DNA of 64,000 bases from a virus (taxonomy: Duplodnaviria; Caudoviricetes), in the IMG/VR virus record IMGVR_UViG_2775507096_000001, positions 1-64,000 of that record. The stretch is one strand, 5' to 3'. Below the pieces are notes generated by a model that was given only the letters and a program-made list of their open reading frames with translations, did not search any database and was not told the origin of the DNA. The position numbers and the translations under genes were made by a program. Each line of letters opens with the position of its first letter. The first letter of the stretch is position 1. Below, in pieces: positions 46,090-56,057 of this stretch.

Positions 46090-47433
46090 ATGTTCCACGG
46101 CTCGATACCCGCGCCCCTCCGCTCGATCATCTACGAGCACGCCGGGACCTGGCCCGGCGAGGACATCTACGTCGGCTGCTCGGGGAATTTCACGATCGAG
46201 CGGGTGCTGCACGCCCGGTTCGGCGACTCCCGCCGCGTCCACGGCAACGACATCCAGGCGTACAGCTGCGCCCTCGGCTGGTACCTCGCCGGCGACCCGC
46301 TCAACTACACACTGCGCGCGGAGTACGAGGAGTCCCTGGGCTGGCTCAAGCCCTACCTGGAGGACCGCACAGACCTCCTCGCCACCCTGATGCTCGGCAC
46401 CCGGTTCCTCCAGTACGTCGGCAAGGACGGCGCCTACTACCGGCGGATGATGGACGCCACCCGCGACCAGTGGGAGCGGATGCACGACAAGACCGCCACC
46501 AAGCTGCGCGGCCTCCAGACCCGCCTGGGCTCGTTCTTCGCCGGCGACGTCCGCGACTACCTCGACTCCGAGGTGCCCCCGGACGCCCCCGTGGTGATGT
46601 TCCCCCCGTTCTACGCGAAGGACTACCAGGCGCAGTTCGCGAGCATCGACGCCGCGTTCGAGTGGCCCGAGCCGTCGTTCGACGAGCTGACCGAGGACGG
46701 CAAGGAACGCATCATCGAGCAGGTCCAGGACCGGCCGAACTGGGTGCTCGGCCTGCACATCGAGCGCCCCGAGCTGCGGGACAAGCTGGCCGGCGTCGTA
46801 CAGACCGCGAACCGCGGCCTGCCGATCTACGTGTACGCCGCCGCCGGCCCCCGCCGTATCGTCCGGCCCCGGCAGCCCGTCGAGCCGATCCCCATGCCGA
46901 AGATCGGGCAGGACGAGGAACTCGGCGACCGCATGACGCTCCACGTCCTCACCGGCGGCCAGTTCGCGGCGATCCGCTCCCAGTTCATGTCGAAGACCAT
47001 CAAGCCCGGCAGCCCGCTCATCGCGTGCGGTGTCGCGGTCGACGGCAAGCTCATCGGCGCGTTCGCCTACCTGCCGCCCAAGTTCGACCCGAACACCGCC
47101 TACCTCATGTCGGACTTCCCCGTCTCCTGGACCCGGTACCGGCGCCTGTCGAAGCTCATCGTGATGGCCGCCTCCACGAAGGAAGCGCAGCTCCTCGTCC
47201 AGCGCAGCCTGTCCAAGCGGATCGACGGCTGGGCCACGACCGCGTTCACGGACCGGCCGAACAGCGCGAAATACGGCAGGGGCATCCCCGGCGTGAAGCT
47301 CCAGAAGCGCACCGAGCCCGGCGCCGACGGCATCCACCGCTACCAGCTCCAGTACGGCGGCCCCCTCGGCCAGTACGACCTGAACGAAGCCCTCACCCTC
47401 TGGAAGACCAAACACGGCAAGGACATGCGATGA
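46090..47433 (+). CDS. Putative DNA-modification enzyme: adenine-MTase-like N-half plus possible GNAT/Mom-like C-half
   Basis: YVGCSGNF (motif I-like), GNDI, FAGDV, FPPFY (motif IV-like); C-half GVAVDGKLIGAFAY, YLMSDF, RLSKLIV, TTAFTD. Confidence 0.6.
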   Translation: MFHGSIPAPLRSIIYEHAGTWPGEDIYVGCSGNFTIERVLHARFGDSRRVHGNDIQAYSCALGWYLAGDPLNYTLRAEYEESLGWLKPYLEDRTDLLATLMLGTRFLQYVGKDGAYYRRMMDATRDQWERMHDKTATKLRGLQTRLGSFFAGDVRDYLDSEVPPDAPVVMFPPFYAKDYQAQFASIDAAFEWPEPSFDELTEDGKERIIEQVQDRPNWVLGLHIERPELRDKLAGVVQTANRGLPIYVYAAAGPRRIVRPRQPVEPIPMPKIGQDEELGDRMTLHVLTGGQFAAIRSQFMSKTIKPGSPLIACGVAVDGKLIGAFAYLPPKFDPNTAYLMSDFPVSWTRYRRLSKLIVMAASTKEAQLLVQRSLSKRIDGWATTAFTDRPNSAKYGRGIPGVKLQKRTEPGADGIHRYQLQYGGPLGQYDLNEALTLWKTKHGKDMR

Positions 47434-48359
47434 CCACCAGCAGCCAGATCAGGCCCCGCCTCGTCCAGCGCGACCCGCGCCGCCTCACCCGCCTCGCCGT
47501 GAACGCGCACTACCAGACCAAGGAGGAGTACGACCGGCTCGTCGCGAACATCCGCGAGGACGGCTGCCTCACCTCCATCCCGCTGATCTACGGCGCCGGC
47601 GAGTACCCGGAGGGCGAGGAGCTGATCGTCTCCGGTAACCACCGCTGCGACGCCTCGGTAGAAGCCGGCCTGGACGAGATCACCTGCCTGCTCATCGACG
47701 ACCCGCAGAGCCGCGACCAGCTCATCGCCCGCCAGCTGTCCCACAACGCCATCACCGGCAAGGACGACCCGGCCACCCTCCAGCAGCTGTACGACCAGAT
47801 CGAAGACGTGGACTGGCGGGCCTACTCCGGCCTGGACGACGCCCAGCTCCAGCTCCTCGCCGAGGTCAGCCCCGAAGGGCTCTCCGAAGCGAATCTGGAC
47901 TTCGCCACCGTGAGCCTGATCTTCCTGCCGATGGAGCTGGAAGCCGCCCGGGAAGCCTTCGAGCAGGCCCGCCTCGGCCAGAACGAGAGCTGGCTCGCCG
48001 CACGCGCCGACTACCAGCAGACCCTGGACACGCTCGCCTCCACGCACGCCGCGCACAAGGTCGGCAACGTCGCCACAGCCCTCCACGCCATCCTCGCGAT
48101 CGTCGAACGCCACCTGGACGAGCTTCAGGAGGGCTACACCGCCCCCGACGGCACCCACCTCCACACCGGGCACGTCGGCCTGGAGACCGTCCTCGGCGCC
48201 CGCACCCTGCCCGCACCCGCCGCCGTCACCATCAACAAGGCCATCGCAGCCGCAGAAGGACGCGGCGAGATCGAGCAGGGGCAGGGCTGGCGCCTCCTCG
48301 AACGCCTCGCCGGCGAGTACCTGTCCGGCCCGAACCACACCCCCAGCGACCCGGCATGA
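47430..48359 (+). CDS. ParB/Srx N-terminal domain protein
   Basis: NAH...YDRLVANIREDG, IVSGNHR, QLSHNAI. Confidence 0.8.
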   Translation: MTTSSQIRPRLVQRDPRRLTRLAVNAHYQTKEEYDRLVANIREDGCLTSIPLIYGAGEYPEGEELIVSGNHRCDASVEAGLDEITCLLIDDPQSRDQLIARQLSHNAITGKDDPATLQQLYDQIEDVDWRAYSGLDDAQLQLLAEVSPEGLSEANLDFATVSLIFLPMELEAAREAFEQARLGQNESWLAARADYQQTLDTLASTHAAHKVGNVATALHAILAIVERHLDELQEGYTAPDGTHLHTGHVGLETVLGARTLPAPAAVTINKAIAAAEGRGEIEQGQGWRLLERLAGEYLSGPNHTPSDPA

Positions 48360-48571
48360 GCAGCGTCGGCATCCAGTTCATAGGCGGACCAGCCGACGGG
48401 CGAGCCCTCGCCATCCCCGGCGACCCCTGGAACCCACCCCACACCTACGAACTCCGCAATGTGGAAGGCCAGCGACTCTTCTACCGGCGTGAGGTCAACC
48501 CAGGCGACGACGGCCCCCTCTGGCACTACCGCTACGACCGCACCGTGCAACCGGAGGGACGGGCCACATGA
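48356..48571 (+). CDS. Small hypothetical protein
   Basis: FIGGPADG motif; coupled. Confidence 0.6.
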   Translation: MSSVGIQFIGGPADGRALAIPGDPWNPPHTYELRNVEGQRLFYRREVNPGDDGPLWHYRYDRTVQPEGRAT

Positions 48572-49164
48572 GCACCCGCCCACCCATCACCCTCAGCCCC
48601 GAACTCGACCCCTGGGAACGTCAGCCCAACGAGACCCCCCACAAACACGGACAGTTCGCCACCTACCGGGACCTCGGCCGCACCCGCACCCTGACCGAAG
48701 CCGCGCAGAGGCTGACACTCGCGTACGGGCACGTGAGGAACCTCGCCGCCCAGTACCGGTGGCGAGAACGGGTCGAGGCGTACGACCGGCACCTGGACCG
48801 CCAGTACGAGGCGATGTGGCTGGAGGAGCGCCGCAAGGCCGCCGAGACCGACGCGAAGATCCTCGGCGCGGCGATCGGCAAGCTCGCCCAGCGGCTCACC
48901 ACGCTGAACGCGGCCGAGCTGTCCGCCGGCGACTTCATCCGGCTGATGGACGTCGCCATGCGCCACCGCCGGGTGCTGTTCGGCGACCCCACGGAGACCA
49001 TCGCCGTCACCAGCGAGGGCAGCAACGCGCTCGCGCAGCACTTCGCCGACTTCGCGCAGATGAGCCCGGAGCAGCGCCGGGCCCGACTCGGCGAGCTGGC
49101 GGCGTCGGTGAACCAGCGCATCAAGGCCGTCGACGGTGGCGACGACGAGGACGAGGAGGAGTAG
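48568..49164 (+). CDS. Terminase small subunit (putative)
   Basis: PWERQPNET...F..YRDLG..RTL...WRERVEAYD; precedes TerL. Confidence 0.7.
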   Translation: MSTRPPITLSPELDPWERQPNETPHKHGQFATYRDLGRTRTLTEAAQRLTLAYGHVRNLAAQYRWRERVEAYDRHLDRQYEAMWLEERRKAAETDAKILGAAIGKLAQRLTTLNAAELSAGDFIRLMDVAMRHRRVLFGDPTETIAVTSEGSNALAQHFADFAQMSPEQRRARLGELAASVNQRIKAVDGGDDEDEEE

Positions 49165-49167
49165 CCC

Positions 49168-50760
49168 GTGACGACGGCCGTGGACGAGCTGGAGCACCTG
49201 GACGACGCGGAGGTCTACCGGCAGTTGGAGGCCGCGCGCCGCGCGATGAGCGCCGACCTGCTACGGGACCCGGTGACGCTCGCCCGCGGCCTCGACCGCA
49301 CGTTCCGGATGCGCCCGCACCTGAAGCTCATCGGTGAAGCCCTGGCCGAGGTAGGGCACGGCGGCCCGGACCGGCTGCTGATCCTGACCCCGCCCCAGGT
49401 GGGGAAGAGCACGACGGTCGCGGAGTGGTTCCCGTTCTGGTGGCTGTGCACGTACCCGGGCGACAAGGTCGCGGTCACCTCGTACGGCGACGACCTGGCG
49501 CTGCGACGCGGTAAGCGGATCCGCTCGTACGTCGAGGAGTACGGCGAGGAGTGGGAGCTGCGCCTGAAGGGCGGCTCCGGGGCGATGCAGGACTGGGAGG
49601 TCACCAAGGGCGGCGGTGTCCGCTCGGTGTCCGTCGGCAAGGGCCTGACCGGCTTCGACGTGAACCTGCTGATCATCGACGACCCGCACAAGGACCGCGC
49701 GGACGCCGAATCCGAGGCCGCCCGGCGGGCGCTGCACGACTGGTACAGCTCGGCGGCCCTGACCCGTCTCCAGCCCGACCGCAGCGCGGTGGTGGCGATC
49801 CAGACCCGGTGGCACCCCGACGATTTCGCCGGCCGCCGTATCGAGGAAGAGGGCCGGGTCGAGGACGGCGGCCGGTGGAAGGTGATCCACCTGCCCGCGG
49901 TCGCCGACCCCAAGTTCGGCCCGGACCCGCTCGGCCGGGAGGCGGGGGAGCCGCTGCCGCACCCGAAGATCCCCACCCGGGACGTGGCCCGGCTGCGCGG
50001 CTGGTGGGCGCAGAAGAAGGCAACGTCGATCGTCCGGGACTGGCACGCCCTCTATCAGGGCGACCCGCAGCCCGGTGAAGGAGCACTCGTGTCCGAGGAA
50101 CTGCTGCGCCTGCTCCGCGACACCACCACACCGGTGGAGCCGCAGAAGATCGCCGTGTCCATCGACCCGTCCGGCGGCGGCCGGGACACCGCGGGCGTCA
50201 TCGGTGGCTTCCTCGGCGACGACGGCCGCGTCTGGATCACCGACGACGTCTCGGCGCCGATGTCGTCGGCGGAGTGGTCCATGGCCGCGTGCCGGCTGGC
50301 GTACCGCACGAACGCGTCGATCATCTACGTGGAGTGGAACTTCGGCCGCGACATGTGCGTGCTGGCGGTCCAGACGTCGTGGGAGAAGCTCCAGCGGGAA
50401 GGGGAGATCCCGAACCACGTCCTGATGCCGGCGGTCCTCCCGGTGCGCGCGAAGCAGGGGAAGCTGCTGAGGGCGGAGCCGATCGCGCAGCAGATGGTGC
50501 AGGACAAGGTCCGGCTGCGCGGGGTGTTCACCGACCTGGAACGGGAGTGGGCGACCTGGCAGCCGACCGACCCCGACAGCCCCGGCCGGATCGACGCCTC
50601 CTGTGTCCTGGTGTACGGCCTGATCCCCGAGGCCAACGCGGGCGCGATCGTCCACGCTCCGCTCCCACAGGCCCCCCAGCCCAGCGGCGCGCGCACCGGC
50701 ATACCGAGCAGCGTGCAACCGAACCGGCCGGCATCCCCGTACGGGCGTCGTATCGGCTGA
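49168..50760 (+). CDS. Terminase large subunit
   Basis: PPQVGKST Walker A, LLIIDDPHKD Walker B, QTRWHPDD, YQGDP, SIDPS. Confidence 0.93.
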   Translation: MTTAVDELEHLDDAEVYRQLEAARRAMSADLLRDPVTLARGLDRTFRMRPHLKLIGEALAEVGHGGPDRLLILTPPQVGKSTTVAEWFPFWWLCTYPGDKVAVTSYGDDLALRRGKRIRSYVEEYGEEWELRLKGGSGAMQDWEVTKGGGVRSVSVGKGLTGFDVNLLIIDDPHKDRADAESEAARRALHDWYSSAALTRLQPDRSAVVAIQTRWHPDDFAGRRIEEEGRVEDGGRWKVIHLPAVADPKFGPDPLGREAGEPLPHPKIPTRDVARLRGWWAQKKATSIVRDWHALYQGDPQPGEGALVSEELLRLLRDTTTPVEPQKIAVSIDPSGGGRDTAGVIGGFLGDDGRVWITDDVSAPMSSAEWSMAACRLAYRTNASIIYVEWNFGRDMCVLAVQTSWEKLQREGEIPNHVLMPAVLPVRAKQGKLLRAEPIAQQMVQDKVRLRGVFTDLEREWATWQPTDPDSPGRIDASCVLVYGLIPEANAGAIVHAPLPQAPQPSGARTGIPSSVQPNRPASPYGRRIG

Positions 50761-51074
50761 CCCCGGCCGGCTGACCCCTTTGAACCCCCTCGGCATCCGC
50801 CAGGGGGTTCAAGGCTGTCTACGGCCGCTCTCAGCCCGTCCACCGCTGCCGCCTCCCCTTCTCCCCGCCCCTGGGTCACAGGCCCTCACAGGGCCCCCTA
50901 TTCGATTCAGAATTCCTTTCCGGAAATTCCAGAATTCCACTGGATCAAGGGTTGTTTATTGGATAGAAAGTACTTGCACCACTCAACAACTCCCAGTTCC
51001 TTGCCAATTGAATAGCAGAATTCGAAAGCCTTGCCCGGCCAGAATGGCCGGGAAGAACCAGATGGGAATCCGAC

Positions 51075-51491
51075 ATGGAATTCATCAAGGCCGTCGCTGA
51101 CCTCCCCGTCGAGGACCGCCAGCAGCTCCGGAAGGCCGGCTTCGCCGCCTGCCTCCAGTTCGCTGTGGACCACGAGACGGGCTACCTGAAGGACTGCTGG
51201 GTCAGGGCACAGAACGCCGTCAAGGACCTCACCACGGACCTCGACCGCTACCACCGCCTCAGCGACCTCGCATGGGAAGAAGCGGCAAAGCTCCCCGGGA
51301 TCAAGGACAGCAAGGAATACGGCCAGACCGACTACTTCGTCTGGGGAATCCGCTCCATGCTCGAAGACCTCGAACCCGACGACGCCCTCGGCCGCTACTG
51401 GCGCGAAGACTTCGACAGCTACGTCAAGCGCTTCCACGCCAAGTTCGGGGACTGCACGAAGCTCGGCTACTGCCCCTGCAAGAAGAAGTAA
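51075..51491 (+). CDS. Moron-like hypothetical protein
   Basis: Preceded by an AT-rich region, followed by a terminator. Confidence 0.7.
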   Translation: MEFIKAVADLPVEDRQQLRKAGFAACLQFAVDHETGYLKDCWVRAQNAVKDLTTDLDRYHRLSDLAWEEAAKLPGIKDSKEYGQTDYFVWGIRSMLEDLEPDDALGRYWREDFDSYVKRFHAKFGDCTKLGYCPCKKK

Positions 51492-51495
51492 CCCC

Positions 51496-51530
51496 AAAGG
51501 GCCCGGAAGGCACCGCCTTCCGGGCCCTTT
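51496..51530 (+). terminator. Intrinsic terminator
   Basis: AAAGGGCCCGGAAGGC-acc-GCCTTCCGGGCCCTTT. Confidence 0.8.
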
Positions 51531-51692
51531 CCCGTACCGCCGATCCGTCGACCCGCAAACCTCCTCGGACCACCCACGCCGGCCCCGCCGACCCGACACC
51601 GGGGGGCTCGCCGTCGCTCGACACGGCAAGCCGCTCCCCAAGCCGCACAGCCCCTCCTGGGTGACCATCGCCGGGTGTCTACCCTCGGATGT

Positions 51693-52037
51693 ATGAGCAC
51701 GATTCCGGACGCGCAGCCAGCCCGCCCGTGGCGCGAGGAGGACGGCCCCCGGCCCGAGGTGTGGACCTGGCCCAGGGCCGACCGGCCGGCGCTGAAGGTG
51801 ATGTCGGGCGGGAAGTGGCGGCACGCCCCGGTCCTCGCCCGGCAGAACTGGCGCGACGGCACGGTCCGCTACCAGGTCGAGGTCGACCTGCTCGGCGACA
51901 CGACCACCCGGATCGTCACGTACCAGTGGCCACAGCCCGGCCTGCGGGTCGCCCGCCGCAGCAGCTCCGAGCCCACCAGGGGCGTACACGAGGCATGGCA
52001 AGGAGAGATGCCCCACCGCGGCCCCGCACAGGACTGA
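51693..52037 (+). CDS. Hypothetical protein
   Basis: TACCCT -10 just upstream (leaderless). Confidence 0.6.
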   Translation: MSTIPDAQPARPWREEDGPRPEVWTWPRADRPALKVMSGGKWRHAPVLARQNWRDGTVRYQVEVDLLGDTTTRIVTYQWPQPGLRVARRSSSEPTRGVHEAWQGEMPHRGPAQD

Positions 52038-52092
52038 CCTGTCGGGCCGTCGACGGCCCCCGCACCGTAGCGGGCCCGGCAAACTGGTGGGC

Positions 52093-52362
52093 GTGAAAAT
52101 GCCCCGCATCGAGTGCCGGGACTGCGGCCGGCCGATAGCCGCCGGCCCAGTCGCCGGGCGCCTCGCCAAGGGCCGCGTATGGCGGCACGACCCGCCCGGC
52201 CGAGTCCGCGAGCCTGGTAGCGCCCTGGTGTCCTGCCCAGGCTCGCTGGCCATCGTGGACCTGCCGCAGCCCGCCGAACAGCTCTTTGACGACCCCGACA
52301 CCATCGCTGATGCCAGCCCCGCCCTGGACCAGCACGGCATGAACACGGTGCCGCTGTTCTGA
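52093..52362 (+). CDS. Small Zn-binding protein
   Basis: CRDCGR...RH...CPGS. Confidence 0.6.
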   Translation: MKMPRIECRDCGRPIAAGPVAGRLAKGRVWRHDPPGRVREPGSALVSCPGSLAIVDLPQPAEQLFDDPDTIADASPALDQHGMNTVPLF

Positions 52363-52398
52363 CCCGCTGCGCATGGCCCTCGGGGGACGATGCTCGCT

Positions 52399-52722
52399 AT
52401 GACTGCCGACCTGCCCGAACCCATCGCCGCCGTCCACGCCGCCGGCATGGCCGCCGTCGAGCCCGGAACCCGCCTCGGGCCCTTCGACCAGAGCATCTGG
52501 TTCGCGTACCGCCGTCCCAACGGTCCCGCGTTCGGCCTGGCGCTCGTGGAAGGCCCCGTTCGTGTGCCGGACATCGGCGAGACCATCACCTTGTGGACCG
52601 AGCGGGTACCTCTCCGGGTGGTGGGTATCGAGTCCCACTACGGACTTCTGCAAGCCGTCCACCCTGACGGCGTCCGGCGGCCCCACGTCAAGATCACGGT
52701 TTATGTAGACGCGCTGGAGTAG
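52399..52722 (+). CDS. Hypothetical protein
   Basis: ORF with plausible composition. Confidence 0.5.
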   Translation: MTADLPEPIAAVHAAGMAAVEPGTRLGPFDQSIWFAYRRPNGPAFGLALVEGPVRVPDIGETITLWTERVPLRVVGIESHYGLLQAVHPDGVRRPHVKITVYVDALE

Positions 52723-52873
52723 TGGTCCCGGCGGTGGTGCCGCCCGGTCGTGGGGCACGAGCCGTCATGGACGTGCCGCTCACGCCAGTGGCTGAAGCTG
52801 GCCGTCGGCCCGGCCTCGGCCGGTATGCGGCCCGGTACCGCATACCTCGGTACCGGGCCGTCAGTCCGTGCGG

Positions 52874-53125
52874 TTATCGGCGGACGTTGATGATGATGCG
52901 GATGCTGGCGCCGCCGAGGCCGGCGCCCGCCAGGGTTTCCCCTAAGCCTTCCGAGTAGTTCAGGCCGATGAAGACGCCGCAGATGACGCTGGCGGCGCAC
53001 AGGGCGAGCTGCGCCCAGGCGAGAGCGGAGGAGGCCCGGGTAGACCTGTCCGTCTCAGGCGGTCGCGCAGGCTCCGGTGTCGTCGGGTCGGGCACCCGCG
53101 GTGGGGTACCTTCGGTCGTGGCCAC
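52874..53125 (-). CDS. Small 2-TM membrane protein
   Basis: GAGGA RBS; hydrophobic C-half; TTA at 52943-52945. Confidence 0.5.
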   Translation of the reverse strand: MATTEGTPPRVPDPTTPEPARPPETDRSTRASSALAWAQLALCAASVICGVFIGLNYSEGLGETLAGAGLGGASIRIIINVRR

Positions 53126-53606
53126 GCTTTTGTTCCTCTCGATTCTCGAACGGTGGGACCGTGGCACGGCAGGGAAGCTCTCGGTAAAAGGTGCGTGACG
53201 GTGCCACCGAGTGCTTCCCTTTGTCGTTCCACGAATTCGCGGTCACTTCAGAGCCTAGGGCATACATAACCGTGGTAGGGGAGATACAACGCTGTGACCT
53301 GCGGAAACGCGGTTATCGGATCGCAGGGTTCTGTCATTTTTTCGCGTGCGTCTGTCATTTGATCGCAGCCGTTTGGTGTTGTCGCAGGTCGCCTATTTAC
53401 GGGTCTAGCGGCGAGACCGTTACCTAGCCGTTAAGTGGAATTGCCGAGTCCGGTCCCGGACGTCGCCGGCGACCGTCGCGACCCTGGGCGTGGCAGCGCG
53501 GTCCTCTCGTAGCTGGACGCCATTCGGTCCGGTGCGCACTGCGCGCGCACTGATGCGCAGTATCCTTGCCGCCGTTCTGACCTGGGGATCTAGACGGAGG
53601 CGGCCT

Positions 53607-53939
53607 GTGATCTCTCTGCCCATGCTCGCAGTGCTGGGACTGGCGTCGTACAGAGCGACCCAGCTCGGCGTCCACGACTCGATCCTGGACCCTGCAAGGC
53701 AGCGCCTCGGCGCCTGGCACGCCAACAAGATCGACTCCAAGGCGCGCGCGTTCGTCATGCAGCTCGTGAGCTGCATCTACTGTCTCGGCTACTGGCTCTC
53801 CGGTGTGACGCTCCTCGTGTACCTGATAGCCACCGACAGCTGGGGCGATGCCTCATGGATCGTCCACGGCATCGAGTGGTTCGCCGTCGCCGGCATCCAG
53901 GCCCTCCTGAACCGGCGCGATGACACCATGGACGGCTGA
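53607..53939 (+). CDS. DUF1360-like membrane protein
   Basis: LASYRATQL..DSI..P.R...LVSCIYCLGYW; directly before portal. Confidence 0.75.
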   Translation: MISLPMLAVLGLASYRATQLGVHDSILDPARQRLGAWHANKIDSKARAFVMQLVSCIYCLGYWLSGVTLLVYLIATDSWGDASWIVHGIEWFAVAGIQALLNRRDDTMDG

Positions 53940-53942
53940 GCC

Positions 53943-55676
53943 ATGCCCCGGCAGCTCACCGCGGCAGCAGCCCGTTACAGCGTCAAGACGGCCAACCTCC
54001 GCAAGGGCGGCACCAACGCCGGATGGCAGGAAGAGGCGTGGCGGTTCTTCAAGGACGTCCCCGAGGTTCGCTTCGCCGGAACGTGGGTCGGCAACGCCAT
54101 GTCCGGCGCGACCCTGTTCGCGGGCCGGCGTGCCGCTGACGGCACGATCGAACGCGCCCCCGACAACCACCCTGCGGCGGACATCGTTCGGGAGATCGCG
54201 GGCGGCCCCGACGGGCAGTCCACGCTGCTCGGCGACTTCGGTCCGCACCTTGTCGTCGCCGGCGAGGGCTGGATCGTCGTCCGCCCCACCGTCGACAAGA
54301 CGAACACGGTCGACGGCTACGACTGGCGGGTGCTGTCCACCCGCGAGGTGAAGCAGCAGGGCGGCGGGAAGCTGACCGCTGAGATCGACGGCGAGGACGT
54401 GGCGATCCCGCCGTACAACCCGGACGCCGAACCTGATCCGCTGGCACCGATCGCGATACGGGTGTGGGAGCCGTCCCCGGACCGGCACATCGAGGCCGAC
54501 AGCCCCGTGCGCTCCAGCCTCACCCTGCTGGAGGAACTCCAGCTGCTGAACGCTGCCGTCGCCGCCGTTGCCCGCTCCCGGATCACCGGGCGCGGTGTGC
54601 TCCTCGTCCCCAAGGGCACGAGATTCCCCACCCAACCCGGGCAGGGCGCCGACGCAGAGGACGACCTGCTGGAGGTGTTCCTCGACGTCGCCTCGACCGC
54701 GATCCGCGAACCCGACAGCGCCGCCGCGACCGTGCCGATCATCCTCGAAGTGCCCTCCGAGGTCATCTCCGACATCAAGTGGCTGTCGTTCGAGTCGAAC
54801 TTTGACGAGCTGGCGCTGCGACTCCGCGACGAGGCGATCAGGCGCTTCGCCAACGGCCTGGAAGTCCCCGCAGAGATCCTGTTGGGCCTGTCCGACGCGA
54901 ACCACTGGTCAGCGTGGGCCATCAGCGCCGAGGCAGTCCGTCTCGGCGTAGAGCCCCGCCTGGCGATCGTCTGCTACGCCCTGACCACCCAGTGGCTGCG
55001 TCCCCTCCTTGAGGACCAGGCCGTGGAGAACCCGGACGAGTGGCTCGTCTGGTACGACACCAGCCAGCTCCGCGTCCAGGCCAACCGCGCCCAGACCGCC
55101 CTTGAGGCGTACCAGGCCGGTCTGATCTCCGCTGCCGCAGCCCGCCGCGAGACCGGCTTCGACGAGTCCGACGCCCCCAGCCCCGGCGAGACCACCCCCA
55201 GCGACACCGACCCCCGCCAGGACGAGGAGACGCAGAGCAACGTGACGACGCTGCCCGTAGGAGAGACGACCAGCATCCCTGACACCCTGCCCGCCTCCTC
55301 GGCCCCCCGCATCGCTGAGGGCCTCATAGCCGCCGTCGACGTGCTGATCTGGGCGGCGCTGGCGACCGCAGGGGAACGCATCCGGAACAAGCCGGCCTGC
55401 CCGCGCAGCGAACGCGCACGCGCCCGGGAGATCCGCCCCGGCGAAGTGCACACGGTGTACCCGGTGGACACCGCGATGATCGACGCCTGGCACCTCCTCG
55501 ACGGGGCATGGGTTCGCGTCCCCGAGGTCGCCGACCGGTACGGCCTCAGCCCGGACTGCCTGAAGGACGCCCTGGACGACTACGCGCGGGCCCTCATCGC
55601 CGCCCGCATGGCGCACAGCTACGACCAGACCGAGAAGGTGCTCCGCCTGTCGGCCTGCCTCACGGAGGCCGCATGA
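53943..55676 (+). CDS. Portal protein
   Basis: WQEEAW...VPEVRF, GLEVPAEILLG..DANHWSAW; position. Confidence 0.85.
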   Translation: MPRQLTAAAARYSVKTANLRKGGTNAGWQEEAWRFFKDVPEVRFAGTWVGNAMSGATLFAGRRAADGTIERAPDNHPAADIVREIAGGPDGQSTLLGDFGPHLVVAGEGWIVVRPTVDKTNTVDGYDWRVLSTREVKQQGGGKLTAEIDGEDVAIPPYNPDAEPDPLAPIAIRVWEPSPDRHIEADSPVRSSLTLLEELQLLNAAVAAVARSRITGRGVLLVPKGTRFPTQPGQGADAEDDLLEVFLDVASTAIREPDSAAATVPIILEVPSEVISDIKWLSFESNFDELALRLRDEAIRRFANGLEVPAEILLGLSDANHWSAWAISAEAVRLGVEPRLAIVCYALTTQWLRPLLEDQAVENPDEWLVWYDTSQLRVQANRAQTALEAYQAGLISAAAARRETGFDESDAPSPGETTPSDTDPRQDEETQSNVTTLPVGETTSIPDTLPASSAPRIAEGLIAAVDVLIWAALATAGERIRNKPACPRSERARAREIRPGEVHTVYPVDTAMIDAWHLLDGAWVRVPEVADRYGLSPDCLKDALDDYARALIAARMAHSYDQTEKVLRLSACLTEAA

Positions 55677-55867
55677 GTGCCGGCGTGCACCCGCTCGTCA
55701 CCCCGGTCATGGGCGACGCCCACGCGCAGTGGTGCCCGCGCTGCAAGGCATACACGGTGGCGTGCGCGCCCCTGTATCTCCTCACGCCCGCCGGTGTCAC
55801 CCGGGCCCAGTTCTACGCCCTGTGCGAGATATGCGACCTCGACGGGCCGGAGGTGACCCGTGGCTGA
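55673..55867 (+). CDS. Small Zn-ribbon protein
   Basis: CPRC...CEIC. Confidence 0.55.
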   Translation: MSAGVHPLVTPVMGDAHAQWCPRCKAYTVACAPLYLLTPAGVTRAQFYALCEICDLDGPEVTRG

Positions 55868-56057
55868 GCACTTCCACCAGCTCGACCTGTGCCCCCACTG
55901 CGACGGGCTTCGCGTGCTGTCCGCGACTCGGCTGGACGGCGTGAGCATCGACCTGGACGCAGGCCCCTTCAGCTTCCGAGGCAAGGCCACGGTGGTGTGG
56001 CTGACCCCCCTGTCGGACGACTGCCCCAACACGAGTCTGGAGGTGAACCGTGGCTGA
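55860..56057 (+). CDS. Small hypothetical protein
   Basis: GGAGG RBS; CPHC. Confidence 0.5.
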   Translation: MAEHFHQLDLCPHCDGLRVLSATRLDGVSIDLDAGPFSFRGKATVVWLTPLSDDCPNTSLEVNRG

